Of a DNA stretch of 64,000 nucleotides, positions 24,690-38,190 are shown piece after piece; within the stretch, counting starts at the first letter, position 1, and each line of letters starts with the position of its first letter. The notes under the pieces are model-generated. The model was not told the origin of the DNA. It made no database searches and saw only the letters and a list, made by a program, of their open reading frames with translations. The stretch spans positions 15,872,001 through 15,936,000 of the forward strand of contig NC_086101.1 of the NCBI RefSeq assembly GCF_963921235.1, written 5' to 3'. Made by a program: the position numbers and the translations under genes. This stretch comes from Mobula hypostoma. Its lineage: Eukaryota.

Positions 24690-27030
24690 CGCTGGTGGGA
24701 GTTGTGTACAGGCCACCTAACAGTAGTAGTGAGGTCGGAGATGGTATTAAACAGGAAATTAGAAATGTGTGCAATAAAGGAACAGCAGTTACAATGGGTG
24801 ACTTCAATCTACATGTAGACTGGGTGAACCAAATTGGTAAAGGTGCTGAGGAAGAGGATTTCTTGGAATGTATGCGGGATGGTTTTTTGAACCAACATGT
24901 CGAGGAACCAACTAGAGAGCAGGCTATTCTGGGCTGGGTTTTGAGCAATGAGGAAGGGTTAATTAGCGATCTTGTCGTGAGAGGCCCCTTGGGTAAGAGT
25001 GACCATAATATGGTGGAATTCTTCATTAATATGGAGAGTGACATAGTTAATTCAGAAACAAAGGTTCTGAACTTAAAGAAGGGGAACTTTGAAGGTATGA
25101 GACGTGAATTAGCTAAGATAGACTGGCAAATGACACTTAAAGGATTGACGGTGGATATGCAATGGCAAGCATTTATAGGTTGCATGGATGAACTACAACA
25201 ATTGTTCATCCCAGTTTGGCAAAAGAATAAATCAAGGAAGGTAGTGCACCCGTGGCTGACAAGAGAAATTAGGGATAGTATCAATTCCAAAGAAGTAGCA
25301 TACAAATTAGCCAGAGAAAGTGGCTCACCTGAGGACTGGGAGGAATTCAGAGTTCAACAGAGGAGGACAAAGGGCTTAATTAGGAAGGGCAAAAAAGATT
25401 ATGAGAGAAAACTGGCAGAGAACATAAAAACGGACTGTAAAAGCTTTTATAGATATGTAAAAAGGAAAAGACTGGTAAAGACAAATGTAGGTCCCCTGCA
25501 GACAGAAACAGGTGAATTGATTATGGGGAGCAAGGACATGGCAGACCAATTGAATAATTACTTTGGTGGCTAATGTAACCCCAATTTTTAAAAAAGGAGG
25601 GAGAGAGAAACCGGGGAATTATAGACCGGTTAGCCTAATGTCGGTGGTGGGGAAACTGCTGGAGTCAGTTATCAAGGATGTGATAACAGCACATTTGGAA
25701 AGCGGAGAAATGATCGGACAAAGTCAGCATGGATTTGTGAAAGGAAAATCATGTCTGACGAATCTCATAGAATTTTTTGAGAATGTAACTAGTAGAGTGG
25801 ATAGGGGAGAACCAGTGGATGTGGTATATTTGGATTTTCAAAAGGCTTTTGACAAGGTCCCACACAGGAGATTAGTGTGCAAACTTAAATCATACGGTAT
25901 TGGGGGTAAGGTATTGGTGTGGGTGGAGAATTGGTTAGCAGACAGGAAGCAAAGAGTGGGAATAAACGGGACCTTTTCAGAATGGCAGGCGGTGACTAGT
26001 GGGGTACCGCAAGGCTCAGTGCTGGGACCCCAGTTGTTTACAATATATATTAATGACTTGGATGAGGGAATTAAATGCAGCATCTCCAAGTTTGCAGTGA
26101 CACGAAGCTGGGCGGCAGTGTTAGCAGTGAGGAGGATGCTAAGAGGATGCAGGGTGACTTGGATAGGTTGGGTGAGTGGGCAAACTCATGGCAGATGCAA
26201 TTTAATGTGGATAAATGTGAAGTTATCCACTTTGGTGGCAAAAATAGGAAAACAGATTATTATCTGAATGGTGGCCGATTAGGAAAAGGGGAGGTGCAAC
26301 GAGACCTGGGTGTCATTATACACCAGTCATTGAAAGTGGGCATGCAGGTATAGCAGGCGGTGAAAAAGGCGAATGGTGTGCTGGCATTTATAGCGAGAGG
26401 ATTCGAGTACAGGAGCAGGGAGGTACTACTGCAGTTGTACAAGGCCTTGGTGAGACCACACCTGGAGTATTGTGTGCAGTTTTGGTCCCCTAATCTGAGG
26501 AAAGACATCTTTGCCATAGAGGGAGTACAAAGAAGGTTCACCAGATTGATTCCTGGGATGGCAGGACTTTCATATGAAGAAAGACTGGATGAACTGGGCT
26601 TGTACTCGTTGGAATTTAGAAGATTGAGGGGGGATCTGATTGAAACGTATAAGATCCTAAAGGGATTGGACAGGCTAGATGCAGGAAGATTGTTCCCGAT
26701 GTTGGGGAAGTCCAGAACGAGGGGTCACAGTTTGAGGATAGAGGGGAAGCCTTTTAGGACCGAGATTAGGAAAAACTTCTTCACACAGAGAGTGGTGAAT
26801 CTGTGGAATTCTCTGCCACAGCAAACTGTTGAGGCCAGTTCATTGGCTATGTTTAAGAGGGAGTTAGATATGGCCCTTGTGGCTACAGGGGTCAGGGGGT
26901 ATGGAGGGAAGGCTGGGGCGGGGTTCTGAGTTGGATGATCAGCCATGATCATAATAAATGGCGGTGCAGGCTCGAAGGGCCGAATGGCCTACTCCTGCAC
27001 CTATTTTCTATGTTTTCTATGTTTTCTATG
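24690..27030 (+). mobile_element. CR1 LINE, 5'-truncated ORF2 with frameshifts
   Basis: ORFs 24695-25573, 25563-26267 and 26360-26929 cover EN to C-terminus; (tttctatg)-like tail at ~27005-27030. Confidence 0.92.
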
Positions 27031-27065
27031 TCTTAAGATCTTAAACTGATCGGAGAGGTAAAAGA

Positions 27066-27193
27066 TCAAATGCTATTACTTTCTGCTCTGAGGGTTTTGC
27101 TATGAAACAGGATGCTGCAGAGCAGGATGCTCCCTTGTATTCCAAAGGCCGCTAACAGGATCACCAGGTGAATCACGATGGCTGTCAGTTTGC
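27066..27193 (-). CDS. Transmembrane exon ((R)KLTAIVIHLVILLAAFGIQGSILLCSILFHSKTLRAESNSI*)
   Basis: Acceptor ttgtttctccccccacag; phase 1; ~23-aa hydrophobic stretch; stop at 27068-27066, or internal donor GAAA|GTAATA at 27080. Confidence 0.8.
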
Positions 27194-27993
27194 CTGTGGG
27201 GGGAGAAACAACTCAGAACACATGAGCACAAATGGGCCATTTGGCCCTTCGAGACTGGTGAGGAATGCAATGATATGGTAGATGACCTGGAAGTGTAGCC
27301 ACTGATGAAATCATTCCTGTCACTGCCGCAGCTCCTCCTCCCAATTCCAGGACAGAGGATGAGCGAGAGGTGCTAAAATCACATCCAGCATTGATCTTTG
27401 AGTAACATTTATCCCAGTCCTACACTAATCCCATTTATTTTCCTATTAATTTTACTAATAACTGATCCTCCCCACCATCCTTTCAAATCCCCTGAGTTTC
27501 TACCACTTCCGAACACACTGGGAGCAATTTACAGCAATCAGTTAAACCACCAACCCATACATCTTTGCTACGTGGGAGGAAATCAGAGCACCCGAAGGTG
27601 AGGGTTGGCCACACTGACACAGGAATAATCCATTGAAGATAGGACAGGACAGAGAGGGAGGCAGACAGTATGTGACCCACTGCCCCACCTAGTCCCAGTG
27701 AGGACAGAGGACAGTGTGTGACCCACTGACTTGCTCTATAATCTGCACACTGAGCCAATCATTGTTGATGTGTTGATAAGTGTTTGATCTCCAGCCAGTC
27801 ACCCCAATGTAATTCTTGTTATCTGTAGTCTCCCATCTACATTCAGCAATGGTCAGTCAGTCCCGTTGGTGATGACACTGGAAGTGAAGGTAGGAAATCG
27901 GACAGGGCTCCACGAATAGAAAGTTGATGGGATGGGTGGATGTTGGTGGGTGGTAATAAGCTCAGTATTGTCTCGGGCTGGGGAACCACTCAC

Positions 27994-28323
27994 GTGTGTG
28001 ACTCACTGTCAGCCATACTCCTTCTCCGATTTCCTCGCCAATCCCGTCTATCCGTACTTTGCAGTAGTACATTCCTGAATTGCTCTCCCTCACGTCCACC
28101 AGCTTTATGGAAGCTTTGAAGGAATCCTCCTGGTCAGGCCCAAGGACGCGCCCTGAGAACTCTGCCGTCCCGTTGGAGACTTCGGATGTGTTCCTGTACC
28201 AGCTGTAGAACACAGCGTCTCCGGTGTGATTGGCATTATGGCTACAGACCATGAGCACTGTTTCACCCTCACCTGCAAATATTCTGGCCTGGCCTTGCGT
28301 AACCGTGAAGCTCTTGCTTTTTC
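27994..28323 (-). CDS. NCR3-like: Ig V (VJ-type) exon 2 of NKp30-like receptor
   Basis: C-W-C core (MVC, SWY, YYC); EVSNGTAEFSGRV and KVRIDGIGEEIGEGVWLTV resemble NKp30 EVRNGTPEFRGRL and RVEVLGLGVGTGNGTRLVV; acceptor cccattgcag, donor C|GTGAGT; phase 1-1. Confidence 0.9.
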
Positions 28324-28759
28324 CTGCAATGGGAAAGGAGAAAGTCAATGCCTCCCGTTTGGAAGTTGGCCGTTGGGGTGAGAATTAAGGCCCAGTGCTG
28401 AAGACTGGACACATTCAATATTTCAGATTTTTTGTTGTCAATCGTTAGTTCAAGAGTTTAATGGAGGATGAAATCTTTGTTTCTCCAGTTCTGATGCAGC
28501 ATTAAAAAGAGACAATAAGAATAAAAACAAATAAATATATAAATATACACCCATCCTATAAAACACAATGTACAAGTAACTGTAAAGTGACAGGACGTGG
28601 GAAGGGTGCTGAGGGCTGTGGAGAGGAGTGGCTGATGTGGATGTAGTGGTGGTGGGGTGGGTTAATGGTGGAGGTGTTGGTCAACCTGATAACATTGGGG
28701 GAAGTATCTGCTTTTCAGTCTAGTCCTTGATGGTGGGCAGTCTGATGCCGAGGATGTGT

Positions 28760-29960
28760 TCCATATTTTGAAGAGTTCAGTTGACAAGCTCTTCATTGGC
28801 TCGTCATATGAAGAGTGTTTGATGGCTCTGGGCCTGTATTCTCTGGAACTTTGAAGAAAGCGGTGTGACCTCATTGAAACCTATCGAATGGTGAAAGGCC
28901 TGAGAATGTGGAGAGGATGTTTCCTCTGGTGGGAGAGTCTAAGATGTGAGGACACAGCCTCAGAAATGAGAAGCATCCTTTTAGAACAGAGATGAGGAGG
29001 AATTTCTTTGGCCAGAGAGTGGTGAATCTGTGGAATTCTTTGCCACAGGCTCCTGTGGGGGCCACGTGTTTATGTACATTTAAGGCAGAGGTTGATAGAT
29101 TCTTGTTTGGTCTGTGCGTTAAGGGATACGGGAGAAGGCAGGAGATTAAGGCTGAGAGGAAAATGGATCAGACATGATGAAATGGCAGATCAGACTCAAT
29201 GGGCCAAATGGACTAATTCTACACCTATATCTTGTGGTGTTATTTAACTACCTGCTGTAGAGTTGTCCTATCCATCACTGTGAGTTTCTGTACCACACAG
29301 CGATCCAGCATGTTAGGATGCTCTCTACTGTGCATTCAAACACGTTCCATAACCTGGGCATCTGAACTTCCCTCTGCAACTCTATTCTTGCCATCCTCAC
29401 TGGGAAACCAGAGTCTGTGCGGGTTGGAAATATCATCGCCGCCTCGCTGACGATCAACACTGGTGTATCTCAAGGATGCATGCTTGGCCCACTGCTCTAC
29501 TATCTCTACACTGAAATTTGTGTGGCTAGGCACAGCTCAATTGCAATTTATAAATTTGCTGTTGTCACATCTATTCTTGGCAAAATTTTAGATGGTGATG
29601 AGGAGGTGTACAGGAGTAAGAAAGACCAGCTGGTTAAGTGGTGTTGCAACAACAACCTTGAATTTAATATCAATAAGACCAAGAAATTGATTGTGTACTT
29701 CATGAAGAGGAAGCCAAGGGAACACACCCCAGTCCTCATCAGAAGTGGAAATGGTGATCAGTTCTTGGGTGTCACCATCCCTGTGGATCTATCCTGGGCC
29801 CGGTATATTGATCCAATTACAAAGATGGTACAACATAGGCTATATTGTATTTTGAGTTCTTGGAGATTTGGTATATCATCAAAGATACTTGCAGATTTGC
29901 AGATTTCTACCGAATTACTAACTGACTGCATTACTGCCTGACATCGAGCGGCCACTGCAC
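28760..29960. mobile_element. CR1 3' end (+) followed by inverted Rex1 fragments
   Basis: MRRNFFGQRVVNLWNSL; NTGVSQGCMLGPLLY; ESILTCWI on minus. Confidence 0.75.
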
Positions 29961-31384
29961 AAGACTGTAAAAAGTTGCATAAAGTTTTATTTATATCGTA
30001 ATCTATAGATTTTATTATTATGTATTTCATGACATCTGCCAGTGATATTAAACCTGATTCCATTCTCATTCTCATCCTACATGCTTCATCGTTGTGTGTT
30101 ATGGAAGTTTGTGAGTATTGATGTCCAGCTCTCTTCAGCATTCTCAGAAAATTGAGATTCCAGTGACAGACCACAAGTCTCTCTCTGAGATGCAGGGAAT
30201 ATCTTCCCCTATCAGGGATTATTGTCCTAGCAGGGTGGGGTCCAGTCTCAACAAAGGAGCTGGCTATTTGGGATACATGGGTCCATGAGCTGAGCTGCAG
30301 AGTATGTTCAAACAGAGTTTGACAGATTCTGCCTTCCACCACTGTGATTTTGGAACCAGAGTTTTCCCATTCCAATGAAGAACACACCAGATGCTGCAGG
30401 AAATCAGTGGGTCGGCCAGCCACTGTGGGGGGAGAAATTTCCGGTCGTCTGGACTGAAAGACTGAAGAGAATTGGCCAGAAACAAAAAGGTAATGGGGAA
30501 GGAGTGGAGCAAGTGCAGGCTGGATCCAGGTGAGGAGGAGGTGATAGGCAGAAGGAGGAAGGAAGATGGAGGTAGTGATGGAGGCTGGGAGGTGGGAGGT
30601 AGAAATGATAAAGTACTGCAGATGTTGGAGTTTTAGAACTGAGGTCTCAGCATTTCGTTATTGTGCGTTTCTTGCCCTGTTTGTAGGGATAACGGAGTAG
30701 ATCAGGAGGAGGGGAAAAGGGTCAGGGGGGAGCAGTTTGCAGGAGGTTCAAGAATTCAAAGTTCACACTGTCAGCTTGTTGACAATCCAGGGGGAAGTAG
30801 AAGATGACGTTCCTCTAGCTTGCGTTTGAGCTGACCCTGACTGAAGAGACTGAGGATAGATGCGTTTGTGTGGAGATGGGGAGTGGAAATGAAGTGGGTA
30901 GCAAATGAGAATGGGAACATCATCCATACAAGCTCGAGTGAGCTTGTGTCAGTCACCATAGAAGCAACAACTTGCCCAAATATCCTGCAGGCATCCTTCA
31001 AGGAGAGAAATGGATGATCTCAAACCGGGAATTTACCGCTCAACACTTCTTGGCCCATCTGAAAGTAGCTGCCCAGTTCAAAGGCAAAGGAGGGGGATAG
31101 AATCGCCCCACATGGTGGGTAATCTGGCAGACTTCAGAAAGGGTAAGATGAGAGAACGCGGAACAATCTGTATAAAGGGATCAGAAGTGGAGAGTGTAAG
31201 CAATTTCAAGTTCCTGAGTGTCAATATCTCTGAGGATCTAACCTGGCCCCAACATATTGATGCAGCGATAAAGAAGGCAAGGCAGCAGCTGCATTTTATT
31301 GGGAATTTATGGAGATTTGTTTTGTTAAGTAAAACACTTGTAAACTTCTACCGATGTACCATGAGGAGCACAATATAGTCCGGT

Positions 31385-31800
31385 GAAACTTTGGAAGAAT
31401 GAGGTGGTAAAACATGAGCAGAAATATTTTAACAAAGACTGTTATTGTGCTATGGACTGGGCAGTTCAGTAGTTACTATTTTAAAAATATTAGATAGTAC
31501 TGTACAGGAACTTCGGTAAACAATGCTGTGCCAAACTAATTGGTGAACAGATGTCCAATTAAACTAACCCTTCCCAACATAATGTCTGTATCCTTCATTT
31601 CCTGTACATCCATGTACCTGCTTAAGAGCCTGTTGAATGCCTGATTGTATCTGTCTGTGAAAAACACTTGCCCACACTTCTCCTTTGAACATATCCCCTC
31701 TCACTTAAAGTTCATGCCCTCTGGAATCGGACATTTCCCCTGTGACAATGATATCAATTGTCTGCTCTGTCTGTCTCTAATAAGCTATAAACCTCTATCA
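31385..31800. repeat. Local direct repeat, copy 1
   Basis: Similar to 38961-39430, including the gaaactttggaagaatgaggtggtaaaac head and the CR1 remnant that follows. Confidence 0.75.
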
Positions 31801-32149
31801 GCTTAGAGGCATCAGCGGCAACGGAAGACAGGCGGATCACCGCCAAACGCGCTGAGTCCCTTCTCCTTGTGTGAGGGTTTTTCTTTAAAACTGTAGCTGG
31901 TGCACAGGAGCAGGAAGTGTTGGAGGCATCGGCAGCAGTGGAAGGCAGGCAGAGCACCACCAAACGTAATGAGTTCCTTCTCCTTGAGTGGGGATTTTTC
32001 TTATTTTTTAAACCATTAAAGAGATGTTGGGTCCAGCGGAGTGGCTATCTTTGAAGTGGCCATCCTCAGAGTGGGACAAGAAGAGGCTGAGGCCAAAGAA
32101 ACAGGTAGGAAGGGTAGGTTATTTCCTTTCGTTATTGCTCATTTGTTCT

Positions 32150-35100
32150 TGGCTGCCCATAGTCCAGTGGAGGCAGGATGGCAGATATGGCAGTGGAATG
32201 CTGCTCTTGCAGGATGAGGGAATTCATGGAACCTGATAGTCTCCCTGATGACTACACCCGTGGGAAGTGCAGCCAACTCCAGCTCATGAAATACCACATT
32301 GAAGAGCTGGAACTGGAGGTAGATGACCAATGGATCATCCGGAGGGAGGCAAACTGATACATAAGACTATTGAGTTACACCGAGAGTGCAGAATTCAGGG
32401 AGGAGATGGGTGAACACCGAAAAGATAAAGAGAGAAAGAAATCAGTGCATGGTCCCCCTGTGGCCATTCCCTCAGCAACAGGTATAACCCTTTGGATACT
32501 GCTGAGGGGGGTGACCTACCTGGACAAGGCAGCAACAACCAGACCAATAGGACTGTGATCGGCTCTGAGCCTCAGAAGAGTAGGGTGAAGTCAGGCGAAG
32601 CAATAGTCATCGGGGACTTGATAGTTAGGGTGACAGATAGGAGACTCTGTGGCAGCAAAAGAGACACCAGGATAGTTGTCTTCCGGGTACGAGGGTCCTG
32701 GATGTCTCTGAGTGGTGGGAGAATATTCTTGAAGGGGAGGGTTAGAAGCCAGAGGTCTGGTTCCATTGTACTGGTACCAATGACCTAGGCAGGAGAGTGG
32801 TAGAGGTCCTGTGCAATAAGATTAGAAGGTTAGGAAGGTGGTTGAAGAGCAGGACTTCCAACGTCCTCTGGATTACTCCCTGTGCCACGAGCTAGGGAAG
32901 GCCAGGAAGACAGTGCTGAAGAATGAATGGCTGAGGAGATGGTACAGGGAGTAGAGTGTCAAGTTCTTAGATCATTGGAATCTTTCTGGGGAAGGGGTGA
33001 CCTGTACAAGTGGGACGGGTTGCACCTGAACGGGAGGGGAACCAATAACCTGGGAGGAAGGTTTGCTAGTGGGTTTAAACGGGATTTGCAGGGGGGTGGG
33101 AACCAAAGTGAAAAGGCAATGGATGGGGCGGTTGGTGCATAAGTAGAAACAGCTTGCAGGGAGTTTCTGCGGAAGGACAGGCAGATGATAGAGCAAAGAT
33201 GCACTCAGCCAGATGGTTTGAGATGTGTCTATTTTAATGCAAGGAATATCATAAATAAGGCGGATAAACTTAGGGAGTGGATCAATACATGGAACTATGA
33301 CATTGTGGGCATTATAGAGACTTGGCTATCTCAGGGGCAGGAATAGCTGCTGAGAGCGTTGGGCTTTAGATGATACAAAATGAACAGGGCCGGCGGTAAA
33401 ATAGATGGGTGTGTGACATTGCTAATCAGGGATAGTGTCACGGCTGCAGTAAAGGAGGAAGTCTTGGAGGGATTCTCTACTCAGTCTGTGGGGGGAGAAA
33501 CAGAAACGGAAAGAGGGTAATTACTCTACTGCGCGTTTTTATAGACCTTTCCCCTATAGTAACAGAGACATCGTGGAGCAGATAGGGAGGCAGATTCTGG
33601 AAGGGTGGAATAATAAGAAGGTTGCTGTGATGGGTGGTTTTAATTTTCCTAAGTGGCATCTCCTTAGAGCAAGGGGTTTGGATGGGGTAGAGTTTGTTAG
33701 TTGTTTCCTGATGCAATATGTAGATGCATCAACCAGAGGAGAGGCTATACTTGATCTGGTATTGGGAAATGTAGCTGGTCAGGTTTCAGATCTCCCGGTG
33801 GGAGAGTATTTTGGAGGTAGTGTTCGCAAATCTATCTCCTTTACCATAGGGCTGGAGAGGGATAGGTGCACACAATTTGGGGAAACATTGAATTGGGATA
33901 AGGGGAGATATGATGCTATTAGGCAGTAATTTGGGAGCAGATGTTTTCAGGGAAGTGCATGGCAGAAATGTGGTAAATGTTCAGGGAAAATTTGCATGGC
34001 GTTCCTCATAGGTGTGTTTCATTGAGGCAGGGAAAGGATGGTGGGGTTAAAGAACCATGGTGTACAAAGGATATAGAAAATATCGATAAGATGAAAAAAA
34101 AGTTTACGAAAGGTTCTGTTCTAGGTACTGTTCGAGCTCTAGAAAATTATAAGGTTGCTAGGAAGGATCTTAAGAATGAAAATAGGAGACCTAGAAGGAG
34201 CCACGAGAAGGCCTCAGTGAGAAGGATTAAGGAAAATCCCAAGGCATTTTACAAGTATGTGAAGAGCAGGAGGATGAGCCATGTGGGAATAGGACCAATC
34301 AGGTGCGATAGTGGAATCATGTGCATGGAGTCGGAGGCGGAAGCAGAGGTACTTAATGAAAACTTTGCTTCAGTATTCATTAGGCAAAGAACCTTGGCAG
34401 TTGTACGGATGGCGTACAGCACACTAAACCGCCTGAGCATATAGACCTTAAGAAAGAGGATGTGTTGGAGCTTTTGAACAGTATTAATTCAGATAAGTCG
34501 CTGGGACCAGACAAAATATACCCCAGGCTATTGTGGACAGTAAGAAAGGAGATTGCTGAGCCTCTGGTGATGATCTTTGCATCACTAATAGGGATGGGAG
34601 AAGCTGCAAATGCTGTTCCCCTGTTCAAGAAAGGGAGTAGAGATAACACAGGAAATTATAGACAAGTGAGTCTTATTTCAGTGGTGGGCAAGTTGTTGGA
34701 GAAGATTCTGAGAGGCAGGATTTATGAGCATTTGGAGAGGCATAACCTGATTAGGGATGTCAGCATGGCTTTGTCAAGGACAGGTCATGCCTTACAAGCC
34801 TGATTGAATTCTTTGTGGATGTAACAAAATATATTGATGAAGGTAGTAGTGGATGTACTGTATATGGATTTCAGCAAGGCATTTGATAAGGTTCTCCATG
34901 CAAGGCTCATTCAGAAATTAAGAAGACATGGTATCCAAGGAGACTTTGCATTGTGGATTCAGAATTGGCTTGCCCACAGAAGGTAAGGGCTGTAGATAGT
35001 TTGCATTCTATATGGAGGTCAGTGATGTGGTGTTCAGCAGGGATCTGTTCTAGGACCCTTTCCTCTTTGACATTTTTATAAATGACCTGAATTAGGAAGT

Positions 35101-35260
35101 AAAAATGTTGGTTAGTAAGTTTGCTGATGACACAGAAGTTAGAGGTGTTGTGAATATTCTGGAGGGCTGTCAGCGATTACAGCGGGACATTGATAGGATA
35201 CAGAACTGGCTGAGAAATGGCAGGTGGATTTCAACCGAGATAATGCAGACAGAAAATAAC
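32150..35260 (+). mobile_element. Old near-full-length CR1 (ORF1 with esterase-like region + ORF2), heavily decayed
   Basis: GKCSQLQL..ELELE and VIGDLIVRVTDRRLCG (ORF1); [17 protein letters not shown] and VSKFADDT (RT). Confidence 0.8.
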
Positions 35261-36257
35261 ATGCAAGGTAGATTGTGTTGTATTTTAATGCACACAGCAG
35301 AAGGAATAAAATGGACGATCTTGAAATTCAGCTACAGATCGGCAAATATGAAGTTGCGGCCATCTCTGAAACTTGACTAAAGGATTGCTGCCAGTGGGAG
35401 CTTAACGTCCAAGGATATACAGCATATTGGATAGATAGGTTAGTAGGCAGAGGGGGTGATGTGGCTCTGTGTATAAGATATAATATTAAATCATTGGAAA
35501 GAGATGACACAGAATTGGAAGGTGTAGAGTCTCTATGGGTTGAGTTAAGAAACGGCAAAGGTAAAAGGACCCTAATTGCAGTTGTGTACAGGCCTCCAAA
35601 AACAGCAGCCGGGATGTGGATTACAAATTACAGCAGAAGATTCAAAAGGGCAATGTCGTAATGATCTTTCTTTCTTTATTAATCTTTTTATTGATTTAAA
35701 AGGAACATAAATACAAACAAGAGGAGAATTACCTCAAAAAATATATATATCAATAACAATACAAACTGAGATTAAGATGGACATTATCAAAATCATACAT
35801 AGTGTTAAGCTAGTATATAACATATACTAAAAAAAGGAAACAGCGAACATCCTCTTATCAGTTCATGAAGAGGAAAGAAAAAACTTTGAATTTTAAATGA
35901 GGAACAATAACCCCACTACACTGTGCAAAAATAAAAGAAACAAACAAAAAAAGACAGGACTGGGCAGTTCATTCTGAGGATACGACCAAAAAAAAAGAAA
36001 GAAAGACTTTCTGATCAAATCTGAAACTTTGAAAAATAAGAGATTGAAAGAGTAATAAATCAAATTAAATGAAAATATTGGATAAAAGGTCACCAGATTT
36101 GCTCAAATTTAAAGGATGTATCAAATGTCCGACTTCTTATTTTCTCTAAACTTAAACATGACGTAATGGAGGAGAGCCAATAGAAGACCGTAGGTGGATT
36201 AGAATCCTTCCACTTCAATAAAATGGCTCTCCTCGCCAGTAAGGTCGAAAAGGCTCT

Positions 36258-36655
36258 CATACTTGTTGAAGGGATGGAACTGGACTCTCTCACGGTGGTG
36301 TCTGAAAAGAGGATGCTGTCTAAATTGCATGCCATCTTGGTCAATGTCTCCCATCCAATACATAATGTACTGGGTGGGCACAGGAGTACATTCAGCCAGA
36401 GACTCATTCCTCCAACATGCAGCACAGAGCGTCATTCCTGCCTGTGGCCATCAAACTTTACAACTCCTCCCTTGGAGGGTCAGACACCCTGAGCTGATAG
36501 GCTGGTCCTGGATTTATTTCATAATTTACTGGCATAATTTACATATTACTATTTAACTATTTATGGTTCTATTACTATTTATTATTTATGGTGCAACTGT
36601 AACGAAAACCAATTTCCCCCGGGATCAATAAAGTATGACTATCTATCTATCTATC
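36258..36655 (+). mobile_element. Rex1-type 3' end nested in L1
   Basis: LTVVSEKRMLSKLHAIL; (ctat)n tail. Confidence 0.65.
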
Positions 36656-37501
36656 TATACGTTGAGCGGAAACAGGAATATTTCCTGCTTCCGGTGGGAT
36701 AATCCCAAAAATTGCCATAAGCAAATTAGTTTGTAGATCCAGATCAAAACTTTTGATAGCATTTTAAAAACATCTCTCCAAAAGTTATCTAGCTTTATAC
36801 AAGACCAATAGATGTGAGTTAAAGTGGCCAGCTCTGTATTACATCCGTCACAAATAGGATTGATTTTGGAGAAAATACAAGCTAGTTTATCCTTTGACAT
36901 ATGGGCCCGATGCACGACCTTGAACTGTATCAAGGAATGACGGGCACAAATAGATGAGTTATTAACCAAATGAAAAACTTTACTCTTGAAATTCCGATTC
37001 CCAAGCGCGTTTAATTTTATCATTAGATATCATTCATGAGTTCAGTAACTGTTTATAGATTATAGCTGTCAACCCATTTTGAAATGGTTTAAACAGAAAG
37101 AGAAAGTCCGTCATATTAGGTGGATAAGCAGAAGGGTAATTTGGCAACAAACCATGTCAAAAATTCCTAATTTGTGAATATCTAAAAAAATATACATTTG
37201 ATAAATCATATTTATCCACTAACTGAAAAAAGACATTAAACAGTCCCCTAAAAACAAATCTGAAAAAGTTATTATTCCCTTGGTTTTCTAAATTAAAAAG
37301 GTCTTATCCAAAATTGATGGTTTAAAAAAAACAATTGAGATGGATATTACTAGAAAGGATAAAATTATTTAACTCAAAATCTGCGCAACTGAAACCAAAT
37401 TCTTAATGTATTTTAATAATGGGATTAAAATCTTGTCTACTAATCTTAGAAAACAAAAAGGGACGAGGAGCTCCCAGTATAGTGGCCAAACAGAATCCTT
37501 T

Positions 37502-37727
37502 GCAACACACATGAAAGTTGCTGGTGAACGCAGCAGGCCAGGCAGCATCTCTAGGAAGAGGTACAGTCAACGTTTTGGGCCGAGACCCTTCGTCAGGAGG
37601 AAGGGTCTCGTCCCGAAACGTCAACTGTACCTCTTCCTAGAGATGCTGCCTGGCCTGCTGCGTTCACCAGCAACTTTTATGTGTGTTGCTTGATATTCCA
37701 GCATCTGCAGATTTCCTCGTGTTAAAG
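37502..37727. mobile_element. Palindromic Penelope-derived element nested in L1
   Basis: Head-to-head pseudo-LTR ends; 10-bp TSD agaatccttt at 37492-37501 and 37728-37737. Confidence 0.8.
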
Positions 37728-37914
37728 AGAATCCTTTCACCAAGTTTTCCTCCAAATCCAACCATGAAGGACATTCATGTATATTCGAATAGTGAATCCA
37801 AAAAGTAATATATCGAATATTAATTGCCAAATAGTACATTCTATCATTTGACAAAGCCATAACACCATCCTTTTTTTAAATTTCTGTAGTAAGGGTTTAC
37901 TCAATCAAGGGTTT

Positions 37915-38190
37915 TTATTTTATAGGCATCCGTTAGTCTCATGAGACAATGGATTTGCGCCTTGGAAAGTTTCCAGGGCGCACACCTGGGCAAAGGTTGT
38001 ATGGAAGACCGGCAGCTGCCCACGCTGCAAGTCTCCCCTCTCCACGGCACCGATGTTGTCCAAGGGAAGGGGATTAGGACCGGTGTCGTCGCAGGTCAAT
38101 TTGTGATTAAGTGCCTTGCTGAAGGAAACAGCAGGTTGCCTCAGACCTTCAGATCGCTGGACTTATGCCTTAACCACTTGGCCAACCTAA
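37915..38190. mobile_element. Short interspersed repeat, probably RTE-related
   Basis: aggcatccgttagtctcatgagac..gtctcccctctcca recurs at ~63715-63860. Confidence 0.5.

Noticed and set aside
27290-27400. Possible stalk exon between V2 and TM
   Set aside because: Stops in phase 1 and has only a weak GTCATC donor.
27850-27882. Alternative terminal mini-exon (LSSPTGLTDHC*)
   Set aside because: A plausible acceptor is the only support.
29758-30423. 221-aa minus ORF as a third Ig domain or a leader for V2
   Set aside because: No Cys-Trp-Cys Ig pattern, no hydrophobic leader with a donor, and partly made of repeat fragments.
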